From NCBI GenBank assembly GCA_965219085.1, contig OZ244720.1:1664001-1728000 (forward strand): DNA of 64,000 nucleotides, read 5' to 3'. Below the pieces are notes generated by a model. The model did no database searches. It had not been told where the DNA came from and saw nothing but the letters and a program-made list of their open reading frames with translations. This stretch comes from Dehalococcoidia bacterium. GTDB taxonomy: Bacteria > Chloroflexota > Dehalococcoidia > UBA2979. The position numbers and the translations under genes were made by a program. Numbering within the stretch: position 1 is the first letter of the stretch; each line of letters starts with the position of its first letter. Shown one piece after another: positions 1 through 7,695 of the stretch.

Positions 1-549
1 GCGGGCCTGCTCGTGGGCGACATCGTCATCGCGATCGATGGGGCGCCGCTGCGCACCGCGGCCGAGCTGCGCGCAGCGGTGCAGGCGGTGATAGCCGGCG
101 AGGTCTACGCGCTGACGCTGCACAGCGGCGGCACGACGCGCGTCGTCGATGTCGAGCGTACGCATGCGGAGGACTCATTCTGGCGGTCGGACATGCTGCG
201 CACGCTGGCGCTTGGCTTGATGCTCGCCAACCGCCCGGGCGGGCTGGCGTTGCCGCCGTCGCTGCTTGGCGAACTGCTGGAGGAGACGCCCGACGGCCTG
301 CGCGTGTTCGCCGTCTTCCCCGGCTCGCCCGCCGACTCAGCCGGACTGCGCGCGGGCGACTACGTCCTCGCCATCGAGGGCCGCCCGATGCGCACCCTCG
401 ATGACCTCAACGCGCTGATGACCACCTTCAACCCGATCGCCGGCGAGACCGAGGTCACGCTGCGCCGTGATGGCGAAGAGATGACGGTCCGAGTTGCGTT
501 CCGGATCGGCGGGCTGTTCGGCGCCGGGACGCCGATACAGGTGGAGTAA
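1..549 (+). CDS. PDZ domain-containing protein (5' partial)
   Basis: Two PDZ-like segments (GLLVGDIVIAIDG; VFPGSPADSAGLRAGDYVLAIEG); frame is open from the window edge. Confidence 0.75.
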   Translation, partial: AGLLVGDIVIAIDGAPLRTAAELRAAVQAVIAGEVYALTLHSGGTTRVVDVERTHAEDSFWRSDMLRTLALGLMLANRPGGLALPPSLLGELLEETPDGLRVFAVFPGSPADSAGLRAGDYVLAIEGRPMRTLDDLNALMTTFNPIAGETEVTLRRDGEEMTVRVAFRIGGLFGAGTPIQVE

Positions 550-560
550 CTCGCCCCCGC

Positions 561-1826
561 TCATGGCGCCGCTTCCAGCAGCCCCGTGTCGTCGCGAGGG
601 AACACCGGCGCCCACGTGATGTCGGTGCGCACGCCCTCGAACGAGCGGCCTGTGTGGTGGGCGAGCACGCGCAGCATGAGCGCGTCGCGCTGCCGCAACG
701 CGGCGGTGCGGATCAGCCGCTTGCGCGCCACCTTGCGCAGCAGCGGGTCGAGCTCGATGCGCAGCGCGACGCCCGAGTGGTCGCCGCCACCGTCGCCGAA
801 GGCGACCCGCGGCGTCTCCGCAAGGTCGTGCAACGTGCGGTACACCAGGTCGACGTAGTCGACGTGGAGGCGCACGCCGCCGCCCTGCAGCAGATCCAGC
901 AGGTACGCGCGCGCCTGCTCCGGCAGCTCCCACACGGCGCCCGGCTGCACGGCGATGTCGCGTGACGCCTCGACGTTCTCGAGCACGGCGATGGGGTTGC
1001 CGGACAGCTCGATGATGCGACTGAGCTGCGTGAGCGCGCGGTTGAGTTCGACGATCGATTCGCGCAGCGGCTCGATGTCGGAGACGCCCCAGAGGTGCTT
1101 GGGGCGCGGCACGTTGGGGTAGAGCACAAACGGGATCACGCCGTACGGATTGGCTCGCGCCTCGGCGAGCTCCTCCTCGACCCAGAACTCGAAGCGGTCT
1201 GCGGTCCACACCTCCGTGACCTGCGCCGAGGCGGCCGGCTGGCCGCCTGCGCCGCGCGGCAGCCGGCCCGTGCGCGCCTCGACCTGCTCGGGCGCGACCT
1301 CGTAGCGGGACGCGACACGCCAGATGCGGCGCACGTCGTCGCCCAGGCTCCACACGTGCAGGCCCTGCACGTCGGGCGCGGAGACGACGACGCGCTGCTC
1401 GCGCTCGTCCCACGTCACCTTGTACGCGCCGTCGCCGAGCACTGCGGTGTCGAGCTCGCCGTCGAGATCGAGCCGCAGCAGGTCGTTCGCCTCCCACAGT
1501 TCGAGCAGCGCCTGCTCGGCCTCGGCGGCGCGACGGCGGCCCTCGGACGTCTCCCCGGTCGCGGTGACCACCGGGCGGTGGTCGCTCACGAGGTAGGCGG
1601 CGCCTTTCTCGACGAACGCGCGGGCGTAGTTGAACTGCAGCATGCGCTCGCGCGGCGACCCGGCTGGCGCGCCGCGGCGGCCCTCGAAGAAGTCGAGCAG
1701 CTCGCGGTAACGCGCGAATCGGGCGCGGTCGCGCTGCGCGAGCGTGCGCGGGAACGGCACGTGCGCGGCGGACGAGGCTGTCGAGGGAGCCCGCGGGATG
1801 CCGAGGCTCGTGACGGTGGCGGTCAT
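561..1826 (-). CDS. Phage portal protein, SPP1 Gp6-like
   Basis: Portal-typical motifs FNYARAFVEKGAAYL, VLGDGAYK, NPYGVIPFV, GVSDIEPL, SGVAL; lies downstream of terminase. Confidence 0.85.
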   Translation of the reverse strand: MTATVTSLGIPRAPSTASSAAHVPFPRTLAQRDRARFARYRELLDFFEGRRGAPAGSPRERMLQFNYARAFVEKGAAYLVSDHRPVVTATGETSEGRRRAAEAEQALLELWEANDLLRLDLDGELDTAVLGDGAYKVTWDEREQRVVVSAPDVQGLHVWSLGDDVRRIWRVASRYEVAPEQVEARTGRLPRGAGGQPAASAQVTEVWTADRFEFWVEEELAEARANPYGVIPFVLYPNVPRPKHLWGVSDIEPLRESIVELNRALTQLSRIIELSGNPIAVLENVEASRDIAVQPGAVWELPEQARAYLLDLLQGGGVRLHVDYVDLVYRTLHDLAETPRVAFGDGGGDHSGVALRIELDPLLRKVARKRLIRTAALRQRDALMLRVLAHHTGRSFEGVRTDITWAPVFPRDDTGLLEAAP

Positions 1827-2206
1827 CGGGACGTCTCCTTCGTGCTGTTTCGCGCCGGCGCGCCCTCGCGGGCCGGTTTGCGCTGCGTGCCGTGGGCGCC
1901 TTCGAGCGCGCGGAACACGGTGCGGCGCGAGACCTGGAAGCGGCGCGCGATCTCGTTCACCGGCGCCTCGTCGTCGAAGCGCATGCGGCGGATCTCACGG
2001 TCGCGCGTGCGGTTGAGCATCGCGCGCACGCCGCCAGGCTCGTCGTAGCGGCAGCGTGGCAGTGGGCAGCTCAGGCACGAGGGGAACAGGTCGCAGCCGC
2101 GGTCGCGGTAGTCGACGTGCTCGGGCAACGCGTCCTCGCGCGCCAGCCGCGGCTGCACCTCGGGGGGTTCGAGGGTCGGTGTCGGGCTCGGTGAAGCGTG
2201 ACTCAT
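1823..2206 (-). CDS. 4-Cys motif plus helix-turn-helix protein
   Basis: CDLFPSCLSCPLPRC followed by HTH VNEIARRFQVSRRTVFRAL; 4-bp overlaps with both neighbours. Confidence 0.75.
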   Translation of the reverse strand: MSHASPSPTPTLEPPEVQPRLAREDALPEHVDYRDRGCDLFPSCLSCPLPRCRYDEPGGVRAMLNRTRDREIRRMRFDDEAPVNEIARRFQVSRRTVFRALEGAHGTQRKPAREGAPARNSTKETSR

Positions 2207-3627
2207 GCGGATACCTCCAGGTGGTCAGGCGCGCTGAGCGCGCCGCGGCCCCGCGCCGTACGCGATCCGCCCGCGTCGCGGGCGGCGTCGACGGCAAGCG
2301 CGAGGCTCATCAGGTAGTCGTCGTGTCCCTCGCCGGGGTCGACGTGGAACTGCATCGTGCGTTCGTCGCGGTAGACGGCGCGGGCCAGCTCCAGCTGTCG
2401 GCGGCACTCGGCGGCCTCGGCCGAGCCGTCCGCGCGGTACAGCCGGAGCCGCCCGGAATGCGCCGCCGCGAGCAGGCCGAAGCCGAGCTGCGACTTGCGC
2501 GGCGTGCTGAACACCACCGCATCGACGCGGCCGGCGGGGAGACGGCGCGTGAGCAGGTCGGCGATGGGTGCGCCGAGGCCCGTCGCGTCGACGGCGAGGC
2601 GGCGCACGCGCCAGACGTTGCGCAGCCGGTCGGCCAGCGTCCCGACGATCGCGTCGGTCGCCTCGCCGCGCCACGCCTGGTGCTCGACCACCTCGATCGC
2701 CGGCAGCCCGCCTGTTTCCGAGCGCACGCGCGCGATGGTCAGCACGGTCCAGTCGCGGTCGCCGCCCTGTGCGCGGCCGTCGAGGGCCGGCCCCGCGAGG
2801 TCGAGGCCGGCGACGTAGCGCTCGCCGGGAAGGGGCGAGCGCAGCCGGTCGTGGCGACCCTCGATCTGTGCGCGCACGGCAGCGTCGAGCAGGCGATCCT
2901 CGTCGTGCAGCACCTCGAGGAGGTACTGCGTGCGGAAGATCGGGTGGCGCTCGCCGAGCCGCGCACGCTCGCCGTCGACGTACGCCCCGTAGGCGGGGTT
3001 GTAGTCGGCGACGCGCTGCCAGTCGACGCGGAAGTGGCGGCGCGGGCCGCCCGCCCGCTCGGCGTCGAGGTGCTGGGCCTCGGCCTGCGCGAGCAGTGAG
3101 CGCGGCCCCCACGGCGTGCCGTAGTAGACGACGGGCGCGTTGGTCGAGGCCGCCATCGGGCGGAAGTCGCGGTCGAACTTGTCCGGCCGCACGTCCTGCG
3201 CCTCGTCGACCTCGAGCAGCACGTCGGCCGTGTGGCCCACGACGTTCGCGCCGGGCTCGGCGGAGAGGTAGCGCACGCTCGCGCGGCCGCAGCGCACCGT
3301 CGCGGCGCCCTCGCGCGCGACGATGCGTTCGAGGCCCGCCTCGCGTGCGCGGGCGAGCAGCCGGTCGCGCGAGAGCACGGCCTGGGGCGCGAACGTCGGC
3401 GCGCACTTCACGACCGTGCCGCCGCGCGTCGCGCGCGTGAGCAGCAGCGCGAGCTCGACCTGCGCCGAGATCTCGTTCTTGCCGCCCTGGCGCGCGATCA
3501 GCACGGAGATCGAGCCGCCCTCGCGCGCTGCGGTCATGGCGAGGATCGCGCGGGCGACCTCGGCCTGGTACGGGCGGAGCTTCGGCAGCGCCCGCTCGCG
3601 TGGCGCCGGCGGCGCGAGGGCGCTCAT
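2203..3627 (-). CDS. Terminase large subunit-like protein
   Basis: Walker A ARQGGKNE, Walker B LLEVDEAQ, motif III YGTP, RNase H-like nuclease motifs GLDLAG, VDATGLG, HDDY. Confidence 0.85.
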   Translation of the reverse strand: MSALAPPAPRERALPKLRPYQAEVARAILAMTAAREGGSISVLIARQGGKNEISAQVELALLLTRATRGGTVVKCAPTFAPQAVLSRDRLLARAREAGLERIVAREGAATVRCGRASVRYLSAEPGANVVGHTADVLLEVDEAQDVRPDKFDRDFRPMAASTNAPVVYYGTPWGPRSLLAQAEAQHLDAERAGGPRRHFRVDWQRVADYNPAYGAYVDGERARLGERHPIFRTQYLLEVLHDEDRLLDAAVRAQIEGRHDRLRSPLPGERYVAGLDLAGPALDGRAQGGDRDWTVLTIARVRSETGGLPAIEVVEHQAWRGEATDAIVGTLADRLRNVWRVRRLAVDATGLGAPIADLLTRRLPAGRVDAVVFSTPRKSQLGFGLLAAAHSGRLRLYRADGSAEAAECRRQLELARAVYRDERTMQFHVDPGEGHDDYLMSLALAVDAARDAGGSRTARGRGALSAPDHLEVSA

Positions 3628-3851
3628 CCGCCCACCACCCGGCTCAGCAGCTCGGTGATGCCGACGCCGACCACGGTCAGGAACAGCGCCGTGATGCGGC
3701 CGCGCAGCTCGGACAGCTCGCGCTCCACGCGGTCGAGCCGCCCGGCGAGGTCGTGCGGCGGCGGCAGGAGAGCCTGCGAGGCGCCGCGAGGACGAGCGAG
3801 CCTGCGCACAGCCTCGGCGAGCCGGTCGCGGGGTGGGCGGCGGCTACTCAC
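3624..3851 (-). CDS. Small coiled-coil plus C-terminal TM protein (holin/XhlA-like topology)
   Basis: GTG at 3851; RLDRVERELSELRGRI followed by hydrophobic ALFLTVVGVGI; overlaps terminase start. Confidence 0.55.
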   Translation of the reverse strand: MSSRRPPRDRLAEAVRRLARPRGASQALLPPPHDLAGRLDRVERELSELRGRITALFLTVVGVGITELLSRVVGG

Positions 3852-4164
3852 GGGCCGCCCCCAGCACCTCGCCGAACTCCTCGAGCACGTTCGCCACGGC
3901 GTCGCCGAGGTGCTCCGCCTGCTTCGGGGAGAGCCGATGCTGCGCGAGCAGCGCCTGCACCAGCAGGCGCACGCCGCTCTGCAGCACCTTCGGGTCGACG
4001 TCTCCGTCACGGCCGGCGAGGGCGCGGCGAAGCTGCAGCCGCAGCAGCGCGACCTCGTCGCCGAGACCCTCGACCTCGCGCGCGACGTGGAAGTCGTGGC
4101 GGTCGGTGGCCTCCAGTACGGAGTCGTAGAAGGAGCTGCGCGTGGGGCGCTCGATGGGGCTCAC
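3844..4164 (-). CDS. Helical protein, candidate terminase small subunit
   Basis: GTG at 4164; 106 aa helical (EGLGDEVALLRLQLRRAL); position upstream of TerL; function inferred from context. Confidence 0.5.
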   Translation of the reverse strand: MSPIERPTRSSFYDSVLEATDRHDFHVAREVEGLGDEVALLRLQLRRALAGRDGDVDPKVLQSGVRLLVQALLAQHRLSPKQAEHLGDAVANVLEEFGEVLGAARE

Positions 4165-4307
4165 CGGCGTTCCACGCTGAGCAGCGCGATCATCTCGTCG
4201 CGCGTCTCGGGCGCGGCCGTGTCGAGCGCGCGGAGCACGCCCAGCACAAGCCGCAGCGCCGCCGCCTCGTAGCGCTGTTCGCGCAGCGCAACGTCCAGGG
4301 CGCTCAT
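4161..4307 (-). CDS. Small hypothetical protein (48 aa)
   Basis: ATG at 4307, MSALDVALREQRYEAAALRLVLGVL; 4-bp overlaps at both ends. Confidence 0.5.
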   Translation of the reverse strand: MSALDVALREQRYEAAALRLVLGVLRALDTAAPETRDEMIALLSVERR

Positions 4308-4585
4308 CGCCCGGCCCCCAACGCGATGACGACGCCGGTGGCGGCGTTCGCGAGCAGCAGCGGGGCGCGCAGCAGCGCGCCCGCGGCGCCGGGCTCGGAC
4401 AGCCCGAGCGCCGCGACGGCGTCGAGGCTGATCGCGGCGAACAGCACCGTGAGCAGCAGCGCGCCGAGGCGTCGTGCGCCTCGCGCCTTGAAGCCGCGGT
4501 GCGCGAAGTAGGCGGCGTTCGCCGCGCCGGCGCCGGCGATCGCGGCATGTTCGGCGATGGCGACGCCGGACCAGAATGGATGCAC
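4304..4585 (-). CDS. Small membrane protein (about 3 TM)
   Basis: GTG at 4585 preceded by GAAGGGAAG RBS; hydrophobic helices; first gene of the operon. Confidence 0.55.
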   Translation of the reverse strand: MHPFWSGVAIAEHAAIAGAGAANAAYFAHRGFKARGARRLGALLLTVLFAAISLDAVAALGLSEPGAAGALLRAPLLLANAATGVVIALGAGR

Positions 4586-4628
4586 GGTCTTCCCTTCGTT
4601 GCGGCCGGGAGCGGGCCACGTGGAAGGG

Positions 4629-4658
4629 AGCGTAGAACACACGTTCGTGCCACGCCAA
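4629..4658 (-). promoter_or_regulatory. Sigma-70-type promoter with LexA (Cheo/DinR-type) box
   Basis: Minus strand TTGGCG-18nt-TACGCT; AGAAC-ACAC-GTTCG at 4634-4647 lies between -35 and -10. Confidence 0.7.
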
Positions 4659-4705
4659 GCCGTGCCCGGCACGCACAACGAACCCGATAACGAGAACGAC
4701 TGGGC

Positions 4706-5335
4706 CTACAGCACGACCGCCGGGATGCTCACGCGTCGTTCGAGGTGCTCGCGCGTCTCGATCGCGAGCGGGTGGACCTCGCGGCCCATCGCGCGGTCGC
4801 GCTGCTCGGTGAGCGTGAGGTAGGCGAGCGCGGCCGCCTCGAGCGAGTCGTCGGCGAGGGCGAGCACCTGCCGGAGGGCGGGCCAGGCGTCGAGCTTCTT
4901 CTCCTCGACCTTGTCGGCGACGAACATCGACCACGCCTCGGGGCCGTAGTCGGGGTGGCCGGTGGTGTGGTAGCGGATCGCGTCGAGCACGCGCGAGTCG
5001 CGCACGCCGAAGCGCTCCTCGAGTTCGAGCGCGCCGAGGGGGCCGTGCAGCAGCACCGGGCGCTCGCGCTCCATCGGCAGCACGGCGAGGCCGCGCTGCT
5101 CGGCCTTGCGCAGCCACTCCTGCTTCGAGAGCGCACGCAGCAGGTCGTGGCCCTGGGCGGCGAGCAGCGCGGCCGCGAGGTCGGCGTCGTGGCCGCGGGC
5201 GAAGCGCTCGGTGAGGCCCACGACGCGCGCGATGTGCGCCATCATCACGGTCGGCACCTCGGGCGCCATGCGGCCGCGCAGCGCGAAGTGGTCGGGCTCG
5301 GTGCGGAAGGTGCGGCGCTCGCTCGTGTCCGGCAT
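4706..5335 (-). CDS. yqeK: HD-domain symmetrical Ap4A hydrolase, YqeK family
   Basis: HD motif GHDL, LLHGPLGA, AIRYHTTG, FVADKVE; ATG at 5335. Confidence 0.8.
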   Translation of the reverse strand: MPDTSERRTFRTEPDHFALRGRMAPEVPTVMMAHIARVVGLTERFARGHDADLAAALLAAQGHDLLRALSKQEWLRKAEQRGLAVLPMERERPVLLHGPLGALELEERFGVRDSRVLDAIRYHTTGHPDYGPEAWSMFVADKVEEKKLDAWPALRQVLALADDSLEAAALAYLTLTEQRDRAMGREVHPLAIETREHLERRVSIPAVVL

Positions 5336-5345
5336 CGACGCCGAT

Positions 5346-5405
5346 TGTACGGACGCGGCCGCGCGTCCGTACACGCGAAGGCGGCGCCGGAACACCGGCG
5401 CCGCC
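5346..5405. terminator. Two adjacent hairpins (probable terminator plus promoter-overlapping palindrome)
   Basis: TGTACGGACGCG-GCCG-CGCGTCCGTACA (5346-5373) and GGCGGCGCCGG-AACA-CCGGCGCCGCC (5380-5405). Confidence 0.5.
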
Positions 5406-5443
5406 CTTTGCGTTGGGCCCCATGTGTGGTGCGCCGACGCTAG

Positions 5444-6619
5444 GGATGGTCTGATCAGGTGGCGTGTCGGGCGCGGTGCGTATCGATCAGCGGGCCGAGC
5501 CGCGCTGTGGGGGCCCGATACCGCGGTCCATGGGTGGTCTCGCCTCCATGTCGCTCCGGAAGCGCTCCGGCGGGCGATTCGGGACGCACGGCTCCCGCGA
5601 TCAGGCGAGCTGAGGCTCGGCTCGCAACAGGTTCGTGAAACCGAGCAGCAGCATGAGACGCTGGCGGTTCTTCTCAAGACCCCGGTAGCGCACCTGCGCG
5701 TACCCGAAGTGCCGCTTCACGTAGAGAAACGGATGCTCAGCCTTGGCGCGCACCGAGGCCTTGCGCCGCTCCGCCTGCGCCTCCTCGCCCCCCGGCGCCA
5801 GCTGCCGCCTGAGACCCGGGCGCAGCGCCACCTGCCAGCTCACCTCCGACCCCGCGTGCTCCGGGCGCTTCTCCACTCCCTGGTAGCCGGCGTCGCCCCA
5901 CGCCTCCGTCTCACCCCCGTGCAAGAGGCGATGCGCCTCGGTCACGTCGGAGACGTTCGCCGCCGTCGTGCTCACGCTGTGGACCAGCCCCGTCCGCGCA
6001 TCCGTGCCGGTGTGCAGCTTCATCCCGAAGAACCACTGCCGGCCCTTGCTGGTCTGGTGCATCTCGGGGTCGCGCGCACGCTCGCGGTTCTTCGTCGATG
6101 ACGGCGCGCTGATGATCGTGGAGTCCACGATCGTGCCCTCGCGCACCTGCAGACCGCGCGCTGCGAGGTGCGCGTTGATCGTCGCAAACAGCGCCGTTCC
6201 CAACTGATGACGCTCCAGCAGGTGACGGAAGTTGAGGATCGTCGTCTCATCGGGAATCGGCTCGGAGAGGCTGAGACCGGCGAACTCGAGCATCGAGCGG
6301 GAGTCGTAGAGTTCCTGCTCCATGCCGGGGTCGCTGAGGTTGAACCAGAGCTGTAGGCAGTGGATGCGCAGCATCACGCGCAGCGGGTAGGGGCGGCGTC
6401 CGCGGCCGCGCTTTGGATAGACGGGCGCGATGCGCTGCTCCAGCTCCGCCCAGGGGACGAGCCCGTCCATGCGCTCGAGGAACGTCTGCCGCCTCGTCTT
6501 GACCTTCTTGTGCTCGTACTCGACGCTGCCGAACGAACGCTGCTGCATGGGTCGCCCCTCTCCGGGTCGCCCCATGATCGCATCTGCTCACCCGCTCAGG
6601 CGAGTTGTTCAGACCATCC
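5444..6619 (-). mobile_element. IS5-family insertion sequence
   Basis: Terminal IRs GGATGGTCTGA / TCAGACCATCC; CTAG direct repeats at 5440-5443 and 6620-6623. Confidence 0.92.
5601..6548 (-). CDS. IS5-family DDE transposase
   Basis: FLERMDGLVPW, MLRIHCLQLWFNLSD, IPDETTILNFR, IVDSTII, GMKLH, WGDAGYQG, RAKAEHPF. Confidence 0.93.
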   Translation of the reverse strand: MQQRSFGSVEYEHKKVKTRRQTFLERMDGLVPWAELEQRIAPVYPKRGRGRRPYPLRVMLRIHCLQLWFNLSDPGMEQELYDSRSMLEFAGLSLSEPIPDETTILNFRHLLERHQLGTALFATINAHLAARGLQVREGTIVDSTIISAPSSTKNRERARDPEMHQTSKGRQWFFGMKLHTGTDARTGLVHSVSTTAANVSDVTEAHRLLHGGETEAWGDAGYQGVEKRPEHAGSEVSWQVALRPGLRRQLAPGGEEAQAERRKASVRAKAEHPFLYVKRHFGYAQVRYRGLEKNRQRLMLLLGFTNLLRAEPQLA

Positions 6620-7570
6620 CTAGGTGTAGTGTCCCGGGACGTTGTTGACACGGCTGATCGGGGGTTCACCTCCGATCGCGGTGTGGCAACGGTGATGATT
6701 GTAGCGGTGCAGCGAAGGTCCGAGGGCGGCTGCGCGTTCGGCCTCGCTGCGGTAGACGCGGACGTAGGCCCACTCCTCGAGCAGCGTGCGGTGGAAGCGC
6801 TCGACCTTGCCGTTGGTTTGCGGGCGGTAGGGCCGGGTCCGCTTCGCCCGCCCGCCGCTGAGGCGGCAGGCGGAGCTGAACAGGCGGCTCTTGTAGGCGC
6901 CGCCATTATCGGTGAGCACGGCCCGCACCTCGATGCCGAGCTCGGCGAACCAGGCCCACGCCCGCTGCAGGAAGGCGGCTGCGCTGACGGCGCGCTCGTC
7001 CGCGAGGATCTCGCTGTAGGCGAGGCGCGTGTGGTCGTCCACGGCGGAGTGGATGAAGGCGTAGCCGGCGCGGCTGCGCGGCGCCTGGCCCCGTCCGTGG
7101 GCGCGCCAGCCGCCGCCCGGGGGCATGCGCCCCAGCTTCTTGACGTCGATGTGCAGCAGGTCGCCCGGGCGGGCATGCTCGTAGCGCCGGGGGCGGCGGA
7201 TCCGCTGCCCGCTCGGGCGGTCGAGCCAGGCGAGGCGGTTGAGGCCGCGGCGGCACAGCACGCGGTGGACGGTGGAGGCGTGCATCCCGAGGCGGAAGCC
7301 GATGCGTGCCGGACCGAGCTTCTCGCGGCGGCGCAGGCGCTCGATCGCGCGCTCCAGCCGTGCCGGGACACGCGCCGGGGAGCGTCGCGGGCGGCTGGGG
7401 CGGTCATCGAGACCGGCCTCGCCCTCCTCCAGCCAGCGTCGCCACCACTTGTAGGCGGTCGGACGGGAGACGCCCATCTCGGCGGCGACGTGCGCGACCG
7501 CGCGGCCCGCGGCGATGCGTTCCACCATCGTGCGGCGGGCGAGGAAGGTCAGTCGGGCGTTACGATGCAT
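6620..7570 (-). CDS. IS481-family transposase
   Basis: HRNARLT N-terminus, [30 protein letters not shown]; stop codon lies in the flanking target DNA. Confidence 0.92.
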   Translation of the reverse strand: MHRNARLTFLARRTMVERIAAGRAVAHVAAEMGVSRPTAYKWWRRWLEEGEAGLDDRPSRPRRSPARVPARLERAIERLRRREKLGPARIGFRLGMHASTVHRVLCRRGLNRLAWLDRPSGQRIRRPRRYEHARPGDLLHIDVKKLGRMPPGGGWRAHGRGQAPRSRAGYAFIHSAVDDHTRLAYSEILADERAVSAAAFLQRAWAWFAELGIEVRAVLTDNGGAYKSRLFSSACRLSGGRAKRTRPYRPQTNGKVERFHRTLLEEWAYVRVYRSEAERAAALGPSLHRYNHHRCHTAIGGEPPISRVNNVPGHYT

Positions 7571-7694
7571 CGGAGCCTCCAGGTGCAAGGTGCTGGCTTG
7601 TTACTCACACCTTCTCCCGGAGGCTCCCTTCACGAGCAACCCCTGCAGGGTTCAAGACGCCCTGCAGGGGTCAACAACGTCTGTGGACGTTACA
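6625..7694 (-). mobile_element. IS481-family element (copy A)
   Basis: TGT...ACA ends with imperfect IRs; GCTAGG target duplication, left copy interrupted by IS5. Confidence 0.9.
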
Positions 7695-7695
7695 G

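Noticed and set aside
561-4660. Intact inducible prophage
   Set aside because: No integrase, repressor, replication, capsid or tail genes and no att sites; only 4 kb and bounded by host-type genes.
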